This document shows positions 46,217 to 56,323 of a stretch of 64,000 nucleotides of DNA, one piece after another; the stretch's first letter is position 1, and the number at the start of each line of letters is the position of its first letter. This stretch comes from Candidatus Velthaea sp. (GTDB taxonomy: Bacteria; Vulcanimicrobiota; Vulcanimicrobiia; Vulcanimicrobiales; Vulcanimicrobiaceae): assembly GCA_050012475.1 (NCBI GenBank), contig JBEKHC010000004.1, forward strand, positions 1 to 64,000. Reading direction: 5' to 3'. A model generated the notes under the pieces. It did no database searches. It worked only from the letters and a program-made list of their open reading frames with translations, and was not told the DNA's origin. The translations under genes were made by a program, and so were the position numbers.

Positions 46217-47920
46217 ATGCGTCAGAGATTGTTGCGACCTCTCTTGGTGTTTACGATCGTCTTGGGTTTGGTTGAGACAGACCTGCCGCTTGCGGTCGGC
46301 GCCACAGATGCCGCTTCGGTGCTGCATCTGGGTCAGCTCGGGACGGCGCTGCAGCCAGGCCACGTCAACTTCCGTCTCGCGGCCGTTCGTGCGAAGGTCG
46401 CTTGTGCTTCACTCAAGGGCCGTGTTCTCGACTCCGTGTCGACCATCACCAGCGCGACCGATATTCCGGCGGCCACCGGCGTGCCGGCTCATTGCGAAAT
46501 CATCGTCTCGGCGAAGAATACGCTGCACATCGCAATCGATTTGCCGAGCGCCTGGAATAGACGGAACTATGTCATCGGCAACGGCGGTTTCGGCGGCGGC
46601 TCCGTCCTGGCGGCAATGCCGACGAGCGGGCGAAATGCCGTGCTGGCGAACAACTTTGCGGTTGCGTCGAACGATGACGGCGAGCCGAACGCGAGCTTTT
46701 CGGATCCCAATTACGGCAGCTTTTTGGCGACCAATCCCGAGGGCCTGGTGGACTATTCTTATCGAGCGGTCCACCTTTCGGCGCTCTACGTAAAGCAGCT
46801 TTCGGCGCTCTTTTACGGACAGGCGGCAGCGGAAACGTATTTCGTCGGATGCTCCGACGGCGGTCGAGAGGGTTTGATCGAGGCCCAGCGCTTCCCTGAT
46901 GATTTCAATGGGATCGTTGCCGGCGCGCCGGTCCTCGCCGACAGCGACTTGCAAATCCAAAACGCCTGGAACGTTCGCGCCTACGGCCAAGCGCCGTTCA
47001 CCGTTTCACAATTGAATACGATCGCCGCGAGCGTCCTCGAGAAATGCGGCGAACGGCTCAACGGTACGGCCGACGGAATCGTTGCCGATCCGCGACTTTG
47101 CCAATTCGTCGCGACGCGCGATATCCCGCAGTGCAGCGGAGCGCCGACGGCGTTGTGCCTCACGGCGGCCCAGACCGCGGCCTATCAACAAATGATTATC
47201 GGCCCGATCAGCAAGGGGCAAATCTACTTCCCCGGCATGCCGGTCGGGTCGGAAGCAAACTGGGCCGGCGCAATCGTACCGGAAAGCCCCGGAACGATCA
47301 CAACGCAGCAATTGCTGGGCGACAACTGGATCCGGTTTGCGCTCGGATATCAAACCGGCAAGACGTTCAACCCCGCAACGTTCAACTACGATACGGACCC
47401 CTACTTCGATAACAATCTCGAACCCATCCACGCGATCTCGGATGCGACGAACACCGATTTGACGGCCTTCGAGCGCAAGGGCGGCAAGATGATCAGCTAC
47501 GTCGGCTGGGCCGATCCGCTCGTCGGTCCGTGGTCGCTCGTGGGCTACTACGAATCCGTGGAGAGCCGGCTGGGCACCGCGTCGACGCTGGGATTCTATC
47601 GCATGTTCACCTTGCCTGGCGTCGCCCACTGCGCCGGAGGCACCGGACCTGACACGATCAATCCGTTCTCGGCGCTGGTCGATTGGGTCGAAAGCGGCTT
47701 CAGTCCCAACACGCTCATCGCCAGCAAATTGGATACTGCGGGCAACGTCTTGTTTCAACGCTTGCTGTGCATGTATCCGTACATCGGCCAGTTCATCGAC
47801 GGCAGCAATGCGAACTCGGCCAGCAGTTGGACGTGCATCCCGGGCCCGACGGGCGTGCCGCTCACCGGATATCCAAACCGCGATCCGTTCGACTCGCGCT
47901 TCCACGCCATCTCACCCTGA
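46217..47920 (+). CDS. Tannase/feruloyl esterase family alpha/beta hydrolase, secreted
   Basis: GNGGFGG, YFVGCSDGGREG, AQRFPDDFNGIVAGAP, GWAD, PGVAHC.GG. Confidence 0.93.
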   Translation: MRQRLLRPLLVFTIVLGLVETDLPLAVGATDAASVLHLGQLGTALQPGHVNFRLAAVRAKVACASLKGRVLDSVSTITSATDIPAATGVPAHCEIIVSAKNTLHIAIDLPSAWNRRNYVIGNGGFGGGSVLAAMPTSGRNAVLANNFAVASNDDGEPNASFSDPNYGSFLATNPEGLVDYSYRAVHLSALYVKQLSALFYGQAAAETYFVGCSDGGREGLIEAQRFPDDFNGIVAGAPVLADSDLQIQNAWNVRAYGQAPFTVSQLNTIAASVLEKCGERLNGTADGIVADPRLCQFVATRDIPQCSGAPTALCLTAAQTAAYQQMIIGPISKGQIYFPGMPVGSEANWAGAIVPESPGTITTQQLLGDNWIRFALGYQTGKTFNPATFNYDTDPYFDNNLEPIHAISDATNTDLTAFERKGGKMISYVGWADPLVGPWSLVGYYESVESRLGTASTLGFYRMFTLPGVAHCAGGTGPDTINPFSALVDWVESGFSPNTLIASKLDTAGNVLFQRLLCMYPYIGQFIDGSNANSASSWTCIPGPTGVPLTGYPNRDPFDSRFHAISP

Positions 47921-47979
47921 GCCGGTCCGATCACGATCTCGAGAGCAAGCAGGCCTGGACATCGCTGCCCGGTGCATAC

Positions 47980-48594
47980 ATGCTCATGCATTCCAAGCTC
48001 TCCATCGAGTCGTCCGGCCGCGGCGTTGCCCGAAATCTGCTTGCGCTTTCGTCCTGCGTCGTAACGGCCGTCCTTTGCCTGCTGGCACTCGCGACGGTCG
48101 TCGCCGCACCGGCCGAGCCGAGCTCGCCCAGTGCTGTCGTGCCCTCCGGAACGCGCCTGCGCTTCCATTTGACGACGCCGCTGGCGTCCGATCGCAACAA
48201 AGCCGGCGACACATTCACGTTTGCCTTGCTCGATCCGATCGTCGTCGACGGCCAGGAACTCGTTGCGGCGGGATCCGCCGGGATGGGGACGGTCCTGGTT
48301 TCAGGCCATAACGGCACGTTGGGCCACGAGGGCGACCTGACGCTGCGGCTCGACCGGATCCGCGTTTCCGGCGCCGCATATCTGCGTTTCGCCGATCAAC
48401 AATTCGAGGTCAATGGAGGCAACCGCAAAGCCGAATCGCGCGTCCTCGGCATCATTCCGGACGCGGGCATCGCGGCGCTGTTCATGCGTGGTAAAGAGAT
48501 CCGGCTGAGCACCGCTACCCCGATCCAAACCGTCCTAACGCGTCCGGCGACGATCGGTGCCGTCACTCCCGCGCCTCTCGCGAGCCCAACGTAA
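47980..48594 (+). CDS. Secreted hypothetical protein
   Basis: Hydrophobic signal; VVPSGT...L.S...KAGD.F beta domain; start uncertain. Confidence 0.7.
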   Translation: MLMHSKLSIESSGRGVARNLLALSSCVVTAVLCLLALATVVAAPAEPSSPSAVVPSGTRLRFHLTTPLASDRNKAGDTFTFALLDPIVVDGQELVAAGSAGMGTVLVSGHNGTLGHEGDLTLRLDRIRVSGAAYLRFADQQFEVNGGNRKAESRVLGIIPDAGIAALFMRGKEIRLSTATPIQTVLTRPATIGAVTPAPLASPT

Positions 48595-48618
48595 GGGCTT
48601 CGCGGCGGCCTGCGCGCC

Positions 48619-49629
48619 TCATTTCAGATAGCGCGCGACGTTGGCGTTGTGTTCGGCGAGCGTGCGCGCGAAAGCATGGTGGCCGTCGCCTTTATAGACG
48701 TAGAACAGATAGTCCGACGTGCGCGGCTCGAAGGCGGCATCGAGCGACGCCTTCCCGGGATTAGCAATCGGCGTCGGCGGCAAACCGGTGCGCAGATAGG
48801 TGTTGTACGGCGATTGGATCGCTAAATCGCTTTTGGTAATGACCGTGTGGTGCTCCGGGAAGATATATTCGATCGTCGCGTCGACTTCTAGCGGCATGCC
48901 CAAGCGTAAGCGATTGTAATACACTCCAGCCATCAGGGCGCGCTCGTCGTCGGCCTTCGCTTCGCGCTCTACCAGCGAGGCAATCGTCACGACCTCGGGA
49001 ACGGTGCGGCCCAGCGCCCGCGCGCGGACAGCGGCGTCAGCCGGCAATTCTTTGCGGAATTGATCGGTCATGATCTTCGCCGCCCCGGCCGGGGTCACGT
49101 CGAGCGGCACCAAGTACGTGCTCGGGAAAAGGTAACCCTCGAGCGTCGGGGTCCGGTGACCGTCGAGATCGATCCCGTCGTGCGCGAAGAGGGTGTCGTA
49201 CGCTGCGGCGGTGCCGAGTTTTCGGGCGGCGAACGTCTGCGCGATCTCGCGGGCGGTAAAACCTTCGGGGATCGTTACCCACACGGCGACTTGCGCTTCG
49301 CCGGCGACGAGTTTGCGCAGGATCTCGTCGCTGGTCTCATGCGGCGCGAACGCATATTCGCCGGCCTTGACGCCGGCCTCGTCGCCGCGCATGCGCGCCA
49401 GAATGCGAAATGCGATGGGATGCGCCAACACGCCGGCCGCCTGAAGCGCAGCGACGACGCCGCCGAAGGTCTCGCCGCGCGGGATCACGACCGACGCCTG
49501 CGTTTGCGGCAGCGATCGATCCCCATAGACCGCGTTGCGAAACCAGAGCGCCGAAGCCGTGACGAGCATGGCGACCATCACCAGGATCGCCACCGACGTG
49601 TCGAACAGCGCGCGCCGGACGCGTTTCAC
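48619..49629 (-). CDS. mltG: Endolytic transglycosylase MltG
   Basis: VTIPEG, LEGYLFPSTY, IASLVERE, SPYNTY..GLPPTPIANPG. Confidence 0.96.
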   Translation of the reverse strand: MKRVRRALFDTSVAILVMVAMLVTASALWFRNAVYGDRSLPQTQASVVIPRGETFGGVVAALQAAGVLAHPIAFRILARMRGDEAGVKAGEYAFAPHETSDEILRKLVAGEAQVAVWVTIPEGFTAREIAQTFAARKLGTAAAYDTLFAHDGIDLDGHRTPTLEGYLFPSTYLVPLDVTPAGAAKIMTDQFRKELPADAAVRARALGRTVPEVVTIASLVEREAKADDERALMAGVYYNRLRLGMPLEVDATIEYIFPEHHTVITKSDLAIQSPYNTYLRTGLPPTPIANPGKASLDAAFEPRTSDYLFYVYKGDGHHAFARTLAEHNANVARYLK

Positions 49630-50039
49630 CCGTTGCGACGCCGCCGCAGATAGGTATCGAGGATCATCGCCGCGGCCAGCTTATCGACGACCGTGCGCCG
49701 CTTTTTGCGTGAGAAATCGGCGGCGATGAGCGATTTCTGCACCGCCGCCGTCGTCAGCCGCTCGTCGACCAGCTCGATCGCACCATCGAATGCGCGGGCC
49801 AGATGGGCGACGAAGGCGTCGACCGTTTTCGCCGATAGACCGCGCTCGCCCGCCAGCGTCAGCGGATCGCCGACGATGATGGTCCGCGCCGCGCGCTCGC
49901 GAGCGATCGCAACGATGCGCTCGACGTCGGCACGCACGTTGGTGCGTTCGATCGTGTCGAACGGCAGTGCCATCGTGCCGACGCTCACGGCCACGCCGAT
50001 CCGTCGCTCGCCGACGTCGAGCGCGATGATGCTGTCCAT
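49626..50039 (-). CDS. ruvX: Holliday junction resolvase-like RuvX/YqgF
   Basis: ALDVGERRIGVAVS, DERLTT, VDKLAAAMIL. Confidence 0.95.
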   Translation of the reverse strand: MDSIIALDVGERRIGVAVSVGTMALPFDTIERTNVRADVERIVAIARERAARTIIVGDPLTLAGERGLSAKTVDAFVAHLARAFDGAIELVDERLTTAAVQKSLIAADFSRKKRRTVVDKLAAAMILDTYLRRRRNG

Positions 50040-50044
50040 CGCCG

Positions 50045-50788
50045 TCAAACCGGAAACGTGTCGAGCAGACCGCGCGATTTCGGCCGCTTGCCGAGATGCC
50101 AATTCACGAGTTCATCGATCGCCCGCGCGGTGCGCGGCGTAGCGGTCGCCGCAGCGCGGATCGGACCGCCGCGCACTGCGCCGACGGCACGGAAGTTGGC
50201 GACGTCGTCCGGCCGCAGATGGTTGATGTCGCCTCGCCCCCCGCCGCAACGCTCGCACGTCAAGCCGCCCGCATCGACGTCGAGCCAGGCGCCGCGATCG
50301 TTGAAAGGCGCACTGCACCGCACGCAAGCATCGTCGGGGGGCGCCAGACCCAGAGCGCCCAGTAACCGCAACTCGAAGCGCGGCACGAGCGAGGCCGGAT
50401 CGGCGCTTGCCGCCAATGCCGGCGCCGCCGCGCTCAACAATGCGTACACGTCGGGCAGCGGCAGATCCAGCTCACAGAAGGCGTCGACCACTTCGGCCAG
50501 CAGCGAGGCGGCGGCGAACGTTGCGGGGTCGACGAGGCCTTGCCAATGGCTGCGCAACGTCTGCACCGAGGTGATCACGTCGAGGTTTCTCCCCCGATGC
50601 AGCGTGACTCGAACCTCCGATAAGAACGCCAATTGCCCACCCACCGCGCTTCGCGGCCGGCGAACGCCTTTCCCGACGGCATCGAGCTTGCCGCGCCCGG
50701 TCGAAAACAAGGTGAAGATCCGATCGGCTTCGCCCAACTGGCGCGAGCGAAGCACCATCGCGTCCGTGGTATAGCTGCGCTCGGTCAG
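50045..50788 (-). CDS. recO: DNA repair protein RecO (probable CTG start; first ATG at 50758)
   Basis: VLR...GEADRI.TLFS..GKL..VGKGVR; CVRC...CERC zinc finger. Confidence 0.93.
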   Translation of the reverse strand: MTERSYTTDAMVLRSRQLGEADRIFTLFSTGRGKLDAVGKGVRRPRSAVGGQLAFLSEVRVTLHRGRNLDVITSVQTLRSHWQGLVDPATFAAASLLAEVVDAFCELDLPLPDVYALLSAAAPALAASADPASLVPRFELRLLGALGLAPPDDACVRCSAPFNDRGAWLDVDAGGLTCERCGGGRGDINHLRPDDVANFRAVGAVRGGPIRAAATATPRTARAIDELVNWHLGKRPKSRGLLDTFPV

Positions 50789-51219
50789 CGCACTCCTCCG
50801 GACGGTTCCGGACCGGGGTGCGCCGATTCCAGATCGCCCGGGCTGAACGGTTCGGGCAACAAGGCCGACAGCAGCACCACCCGCAGCGAACCGTCATCGT
50901 CGAAAATCACCTGCATGCCGGCGCCAAACTCGTGCAAGACCTGGCGGCACGCACCACAAGGCATCGTGCGCACGCCGCGCGGGCCCGCGACGGCGATGGC
51001 CTCGAAGTATTGCACCCCTTCGCCCAGCGCACGATACACGGCGATGCGCTCAGCGCACATCGACAGCCCATAGGACGCATTTTCGACGTTTGCGCCGGTG
51101 AAGACTCGGCCATCCGCTCCAACGAGCGCTGCTCCGACGCGAAACTGCGAATACGGCGCGTAGGAACGCTCGCGCGCGGCGAGGGCGGCGGCGAGCAGCT
51201 CAGACGGTTCGAGCGGCAT
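50785..51219 (-). CDS. cdd: Cytidine deaminase
   Basis: YAPYSQF.VGAAL, NVENASY, CAER, PCGACRQ. Confidence 0.96.
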   Translation of the reverse strand: MPLEPSELLAAALAARERSYAPYSQFRVGAALVGADGRVFTGANVENASYGLSMCAERIAVYRALGEGVQYFEAIAVAGPRGVRTMPCGACRQVLHEFGAGMQVIFDDDGSLRVVLLSALLPEPFSPGDLESAHPGPEPSGGVR

Positions 51220-52513
51220 CCTTGACCTCGTCCTCGAAGGCGACGGGCGGATGCGCTTTGCCGTTCGTCAGGACGCGGACGGCGAGGATGCGGCGGCCAC
51301 GCGTTCGATCGACGCGCAGCTTCACGCCCGTGCCGGCTTCGATCTCTTCGCCTTCGCGCGGCAGCCGGCCGAACAGGCCTACGGTGTAGCCGCCGATGGT
51401 CTCGAATTCTTCGTGCGGCAGCTCGATGCCCAACTCGGCGTTGACGTCTTCGATGTTCGTGCCTGCTTCGACGATCGACTCGTCTTCCCCGATGCGCCTG
51501 ATCGCTTCTTCCTCGCCCTCGTCGTGCTCGTCGCGAATCTCGCCGACGATTTCTTCGAGCAGATCCTCCATCGTCACGAGCCCGGCGGTCCCGCCGTACT
51601 CGTCGAGCACGATTGCCAGCGAGAACTTGTTGCGCTGCATCTCGCGCAGCAATTCGGAGATGCGCTTGTTTTCGGGCACGTGCGTGACCGGACGCATGAG
51701 CGAACGCAGCGAGACGCTCGCGATCGCTCCGTTCGACAGCGCGATGAGCAATTCACGATCGTGGACGACGCCGATGACGTTGTCGATCGTTTCGTCGTAA
51801 ATCGGCAGCTTCGAGTAGCCTTCGGCGATCACGAGATCCAGCGCGCGGCGCGGCGACGACGAAACGGCAACCGAGACCATGTCCGGACGCGGCGTCATCA
51901 CCTCGCGCACGATCGTATCGCCGAACTCGATGATCGAATGGATGAGCTCGCGCTCTTCTTCCTCGAGCACATTTTGCTCGACGCCGACGTTGACGAGCGT
52001 CTTGATGTCTTCTTCGGTCACGTACGGCCCAACGTGCGGTTGCCCGCCAAAGAGACGGACAAGCGCGCTGGAGGCTCTGAGAAACGTCCAGGTGAGCGGG
52101 GTCAAGATCCAGGTCGCGATGCGCAGCGGCGGGGCGATGCGCAAAGCCCACTTCTCGCTGTTCCCGACCGCCACGGTCTTGGGGATGATCTCACCAAAGA
52201 CCAGGATGATCACCGTCATGCAGACCGTCGACCAAATCGCGGCGTTGGGAATGTCGGCGCGGATGAACAGGTAGGTCGCGACCGAGTCGGCCGCCAGCAA
52301 AACGAAGGTGCTGCCGATCAAGATGGTCGTGAGCGTCCGGTTCCGATCTTCGAGCAGACGCGCGACCAAATCGGCGTTTTTCACGTGTTTCTCGGCGAGC
52401 GCGCGGATTTTTATCCGGCTGACGGAGACGATCGCCGCTTCCGAAGCCGCAAAAAAAGCGGCAGCTGCCGTCAGCACGATCAGTGCGACGACTTCGGGCG
52501 AAGTAGGATTCAT
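51200..52513 (-). CDS. Hemolysin/CNNM family CBS-CorC protein
   Basis: FFAASE.A, FGEIIPK, VREVMTPR, DEYGGTAGLVTMEDLLEEIVGEI. Confidence 0.93.
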   Translation of the reverse strand: MNPTSPEVVALIVLTAAAAFFAASEAAIVSVSRIKIRALAEKHVKNADLVARLLEDRNRTLTTILIGSTFVLLAADSVATYLFIRADIPNAAIWSTVCMTVIILVFGEIIPKTVAVGNSEKWALRIAPPLRIATWILTPLTWTFLRASSALVRLFGGQPHVGPYVTEEDIKTLVNVGVEQNVLEEEERELIHSIIEFGDTIVREVMTPRPDMVSVAVSSSPRRALDLVIAEGYSKLPIYDETIDNVIGVVHDRELLIALSNGAIASVSLRSLMRPVTHVPENKRISELLREMQRNKFSLAIVLDEYGGTAGLVTMEDLLEEIVGEIRDEHDEGEEEAIRRIGEDESIVEAGTNIEDVNAELGIELPHEEFETIGGYTVGLFGRLPREGEEIEAGTGVKLRVDRTRGRRILAVRVLTNGKAHPPVAFEDEVKDAARTV

Positions 52514-52605
52514 TGGATCGCCGGCGGCGCCTCGCAGTGAAACGGCGGAGGCGTCCACGGCCTTGCAGAGGCCGCAGGTAGTGGGTCAGTGCTCAAGCCG
52601 GGCCA

Positions 52606-53421
52606 TTATAGCACAACCGGCAACGCCATCACGGTCCAAATACCATAACTTACCCCTGCGCCCAGCAAACCGCCCCAAAACACCTCGCGCGCCGAGTGAA
52701 TCCCCGACTCGACGCGGCTCTGGGTGACGAGAATGGCCAGGAACAGCGCCAGGCTGGCGAGCAGAGCGCTGCGTGAAAGCAGCGCGATGAACGTCGCGGC
52801 GGCAAAGGCGAGGGCCGCATGGCCCGATACCGCTCCGCCTTGTAGGGCCGAGCCGTGACCGATCCGGGCTTTGACCACGATCGTCACGATGCCGACGATC
52901 ACGAGCGCGATGAAGACCGCATTCGCCGGCAGCGCCAGAACGGCGCGATAGACGCGGTCGCCGCCCGCGAGGATGCCTTCGTAAAATGTAAGATAACCTA
53001 CCACGACCGCCGCGAACGCCACCACCAGCACGGCTCCGGCCGCCGCGTCTTTCGCAACTTTAGCAAGCGGATGGCTGAGTTCGATCATGAGGTCGATGAT
53101 GGCTTCGACCGCCGTATTGACCAGCTCGAAGGCGAGCACGACCGCGACCATGATGACGATGCCGATCACATAGGGCCGTTGCAGCCGCAAATACAGCGTG
53201 GCCGCAAGCACCAGCGCCGCCGCGATCCAGTGGATGCGCATGTTCAGCTGCGTCCGCGTGGCGTAGATGATGCCCTCAAAGGCATAGTGAAACGCCCGCA
53301 GCACGGGATTTTCGGCGACGAGCTTGACGCGCGGGAGCGCGCGAACTAAACGCGGATCTCGGATGACCGTCCTCCGCCGGTGACAACCGGCATACGAGCA
53401 TATCTTCGGCACCGCGGGCAA
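52606..53421 (-). CDS. dgkA: Diacylglycerol/undecaprenol kinase fused to PAP2 domain (start uncertain)
   Basis: ELVNTAVE..ID, AKDAAAGAVL; SGHAA, SRVESGIH. Confidence 0.88.
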   Translation of the reverse strand: MPAVPKICSYAGCHRRRTVIRDPRLVRALPRVKLVAENPVLRAFHYAFEGIIYATRTQLNMRIHWIAAALVLAATLYLRLQRPYVIGIVIMVAVVLAFELVNTAVEAIIDLMIELSHPLAKVAKDAAAGAVLVVAFAAVVVGYLTFYEGILAGGDRVYRAVLALPANAVFIALVIVGIVTIVVKARIGHGSALQGGAVSGHAALAFAAATFIALLSRSALLASLALFLAILVTQSRVESGIHSAREVFWGGLLGAGVSYGIWTVMALPVVL

Positions 53422-53470
53422 GGGTGCTTGCTTGCCGCACCCGCCAAGCTCGCGGCTCTGGCGTGCATCG

Positions 53471-54961
53471 CTACCCCAGGTCGGCGGGCGTCAATGGCCG
53501 GGAGCCTTTCCAAGCCCGCAAGTAGGCGTCGCGAGCCGGGGCGCTGTCCTTGCCCTGGGCCCGGAGCGCCTCGGCAAGGCCGAACTCGAGCCGCGGATCG
53601 TTGGGGTAGCGCTCGAGTTCCGCCCGGAAGACGTGCTCTGCTTCGCTGTCGGCGCGGCTCTCCAGCAGTGTCGCGCCCAGCCCTTCACCGGGCGGAATCC
53701 ACCAATGGCCCTTGGGGTCGCCCAGAAATGAGCCCTGGGCTGCAAGCGCCTTGCGGTAGGCGGCAATCGCGGCACCGTCGTCGTGCGCAGCCCGCGCCAC
53801 GGCGGCCGTCATCAGCTCGACGTCCGTTTCGCCGGCTTGTTGGCGCAAGCCGGCAAGATCTTTGCGGGCGGCGTCCAGATCGCCCATGCGCGCCTCGGCG
53901 ATAACGCGCAGCGGCGTGATCGCGGCGCCCAAAAGGGCGAGCACGCCGCGGTCGTCGTGCTCGCGCAACGCGACGATCTCGCGAAAATACGCCGATTCGT
54001 TGTCCGCAAACGCGCGCGCCTGGGCGTCCATTCCCAGCGTCGTCAGACCGTACAGCACGAAGTCCACGTTGTGATCGTGGTAGCCGCGCATGTATGCTTG
54101 GCCGTCGGCGTCGCCTTGCGCAAAGTACGCCGCGTCGTTCGCGCACGCTCGCTCGTTGACGGCAACCATCTGCGCGTAGTCGCCCAGCCGGTCGTAAATG
54201 TGCCCGGCCATGTGTTCGAGGTGGGATTCGCCCGGATCGTAACTGCGCGCTGCGAGAAAATCGGCGTCGGGCAGTGCGCGTTCGGGACGGTCCGCTTGTT
54301 CCCAAAAATGGATGCGTAAGTGCCGCGCACCGACATCGCGGGGATCGAGCTCCAACGCGTGGTTCAAGTCGTCAACGATCGTTTGCGCGTCCGCTGTGAG
54401 CAAATCGTCGTCGGTCGTCAGCCGTCCGGTGGCGTTCCAGCCGGCAAATGCAGCCAGGGTTGCCCCCATCGCGTCGGCCGGATGCGTTTGCGAATAGCTT
54501 TGCATTGCCGCGAAGAACGCTTTCGAGCGATCGCTTTCGGGACGTTTGAGATCGAAACGCGCCGCGGCCGCCTCGAAGAGCGCGCGATCGTCAGCCGGGG
54601 CCGTCGCCGCGGCGCTGCGCCCGCGCTGGATCGCCGCTGCGCCGCGGCGCTCTCCATCGGGCGTCGTCGGCCGGTTGATGTCGATCGTTTCGGCGACCGC
54701 CTCGCCGAAGTAGGCCAGGGTCGCATGGGGATCGGCGGATTCCGCGGCGCGAAACGCCAGCCGGGCCTCGCCGGCGTTGAAGGCATATAGCATGAGCAAC
54801 CCGCGGTCGAACGCCGTTTGCGCTGCGGGGACCGCCGTCGCGATCGTTCGGTGCGCCGCAGCCCGCGTTGGTTCCGTCACCGATGGCGATGGCGATGGCG
54901 GGGCAGCAGCGGCACAGACGGACAGCATCAGGCCGACTGCCACGCGCTTCAGTACGGCCAC
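53471..54961 (-). CDS. Secreted TPR-like protein
   Basis: Signal peptide; AQ..FDRGL...YAFN, H..IH..E, HL.HMAGHIY, FRAEL...PN.PR..FGLAEAL. Confidence 0.8.
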   Translation of the reverse strand: MAVLKRVAVGLMLSVCAAAAPPSPSPSVTEPTRAAAHRTIATAVPAAQTAFDRGLLMLYAFNAGEARLAFRAAESADPHATLAYFGEAVAETIDINRPTTPDGERRGAAAIQRGRSAAATAPADDRALFEAAAARFDLKRPESDRSKAFFAAMQSYSQTHPADAMGATLAAFAGWNATGRLTTDDDLLTADAQTIVDDLNHALELDPRDVGARHLRIHFWEQADRPERALPDADFLAARSYDPGESHLEHMAGHIYDRLGDYAQMVAVNERACANDAAYFAQGDADGQAYMRGYHDHNVDFVLYGLTTLGMDAQARAFADNESAYFREIVALREHDDRGVLALLGAAITPLRVIAEARMGDLDAARKDLAGLRQQAGETDVELMTAAVARAAHDDGAAIAAYRKALAAQGSFLGDPKGHWWIPPGEGLGATLLESRADSEAEHVFRAELERYPNDPRLEFGLAEALRAQGKDSAPARDAYLRAWKGSRPLTPADLG

Positions 54962-55398
54962 GGCATGCCGATCGCCTCGGCCAGGCGGCGCTCCTCGGCT
55001 TCCATCGCCGCCCGTTCCGCCGGTTCGAGATGATCGTGGCCCAGCAGGTGCAGAACGCCGTGAATGAGCAGACGCTGCACTTCGTTATCGAGCGGCGCGT
55101 CGTAGTCGGCCGCCTGTCGCCGCGCCGTATCCACGCTGATCACGATGTCGCCCAGCAGCCGTTCCGCCCCCGCGTACGCGTTGCCGGGTTCGACGAGCGG
55201 AAAGCTCAAGACGTCGGTGGGCTTGTCCAGTCCGCGAAAGGCGCGGTTGAGTTCGCGGATCTTCGGGTCGCGCACGAACGAGATCGAGACGCTTGACTCG
55301 CGCTCGTTCAGCGCCGCGAGCAGTGCGCCGGCGGTTCGTTCGATCGCGCGAAAATCCAGCCCGCTCTTACGCGTCGCGTTGGACAGATAGACGGGCAT
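54949..55398 (-). CDS. ybeY: rRNA maturation RNase YbeY
   Basis: PTDVLSFP, LGDIVIS, HGVLHLLGHDH. Confidence 0.96.
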   Translation of the reverse strand: MPVYLSNATRKSGLDFRAIERTAGALLAALNERESSVSISFVRDPKIRELNRAFRGLDKPTDVLSFPLVEPGNAYAGAERLLGDIVISVDTARRQAADYDAPLDNEVQRLLIHGVLHLLGHDHLEPAERAAMEAEERRLAEAIGMPWPY

Positions 55399-56323
55399 AC
55401 GCGCCGACGATTTTGCCGACCAGCGGGTGACGGACGACATCGGTCTCGTCCAGATAGGTGATCCCGATGTCGTCGATCCCGCTGAACAGCCGCTCGACGT
55501 CGAGCAGACCGCTCGCGGCACCGCGCGGCAGATCGACTTGCGTAATGTCGCCGGTGACGATCATTTTGGCATTCTGGCCCAGCCGCGTGAGAAACATCTT
55601 GAGCTGCTCGCGCGTGACGTTCTGCGCTTCGTCCAAAATAATGTACGCGTCGGAGAGCGTGCGGCCACGCATGTAGGCCAGCGGCGCGACCTCGATCGTG
55701 CCCCGCTCGAGATACTTCGCCACGGTGCCGTCTTCCATGAGTTCGCCCAAGGCATCGTAGAGCGGACGCAGATACGGATCCACTTTTTCTTTCAGATCGC
55801 CGGGAAGGAACCCCAGCTTCTCGCCCGCCTCGATCGCCGGCCGGGACAGCACCAAGCGCGAAACGTCGCGGTTCTTGAGCGCCCGCACCGCCATCACGAT
55901 CGCCAAGAACGTTTTGCCCGTGCCGGCCGGACCGATCCCGAACGAGAGCGTATTGCGCTCGATGGCAGCGACGAAGGCCCGTTGCCCGGTGGTCTTCGGG
56001 CGAATCTCCTTGCCGCGGTTCGACACGAAGAGCGTTGGCGGAATGCCGCGGAAGGCTTCGCTCGCTCGTGCGGCAAGGGCCACGTCGTCGGGGGTGATCT
56101 GGGCGCCCGAGCAGGCCGCCCGGAGCATCGCGGCCAACACGTGTCCGGCCCGGTCGACGGCCGCGCGCTCACCGCTGACCCGGAGCTCCTCCCCGTCCAT
56201 CCGGACGACGACGGGGATCAAGGCCTCCAGCGCACTCAGATTCTGATCGTGCTGACCGCAAAAGCGCAGCGGATCGCTCAGCCCATCGAGGCGGAAAGTG
56301 GTTTCGGTGGTCAGCGCGGCCAG
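55367..56323 (-). CDS. phoH: PhoH family ATPase (probable CTG start)
   Basis: GPAGTGKT, LGFLPGDL, PLAYMRGRT, DEAQN, GDITQVDLP, DVVRHPLV. Confidence 0.95.
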   Translation of the reverse strand: MAALTTETTFRLDGLSDPLRFCGQHDQNLSALEALIPVVVRMDGEELRVSGERAAVDRAGHVLAAMLRAACSGAQITPDDVALAARASEAFRGIPPTLFVSNRGKEIRPKTTGQRAFVAAIERNTLSFGIGPAGTGKTFLAIVMAVRALKNRDVSRLVLSRPAIEAGEKLGFLPGDLKEKVDPYLRPLYDALGELMEDGTVAKYLERGTIEVAPLAYMRGRTLSDAYIILDEAQNVTREQLKMFLTRLGQNAKMIVTGDITQVDLPRGAASGLLDVERLFSGIDDIGITYLDETDVVRHPLVGKIVGAYARLSVQRDA

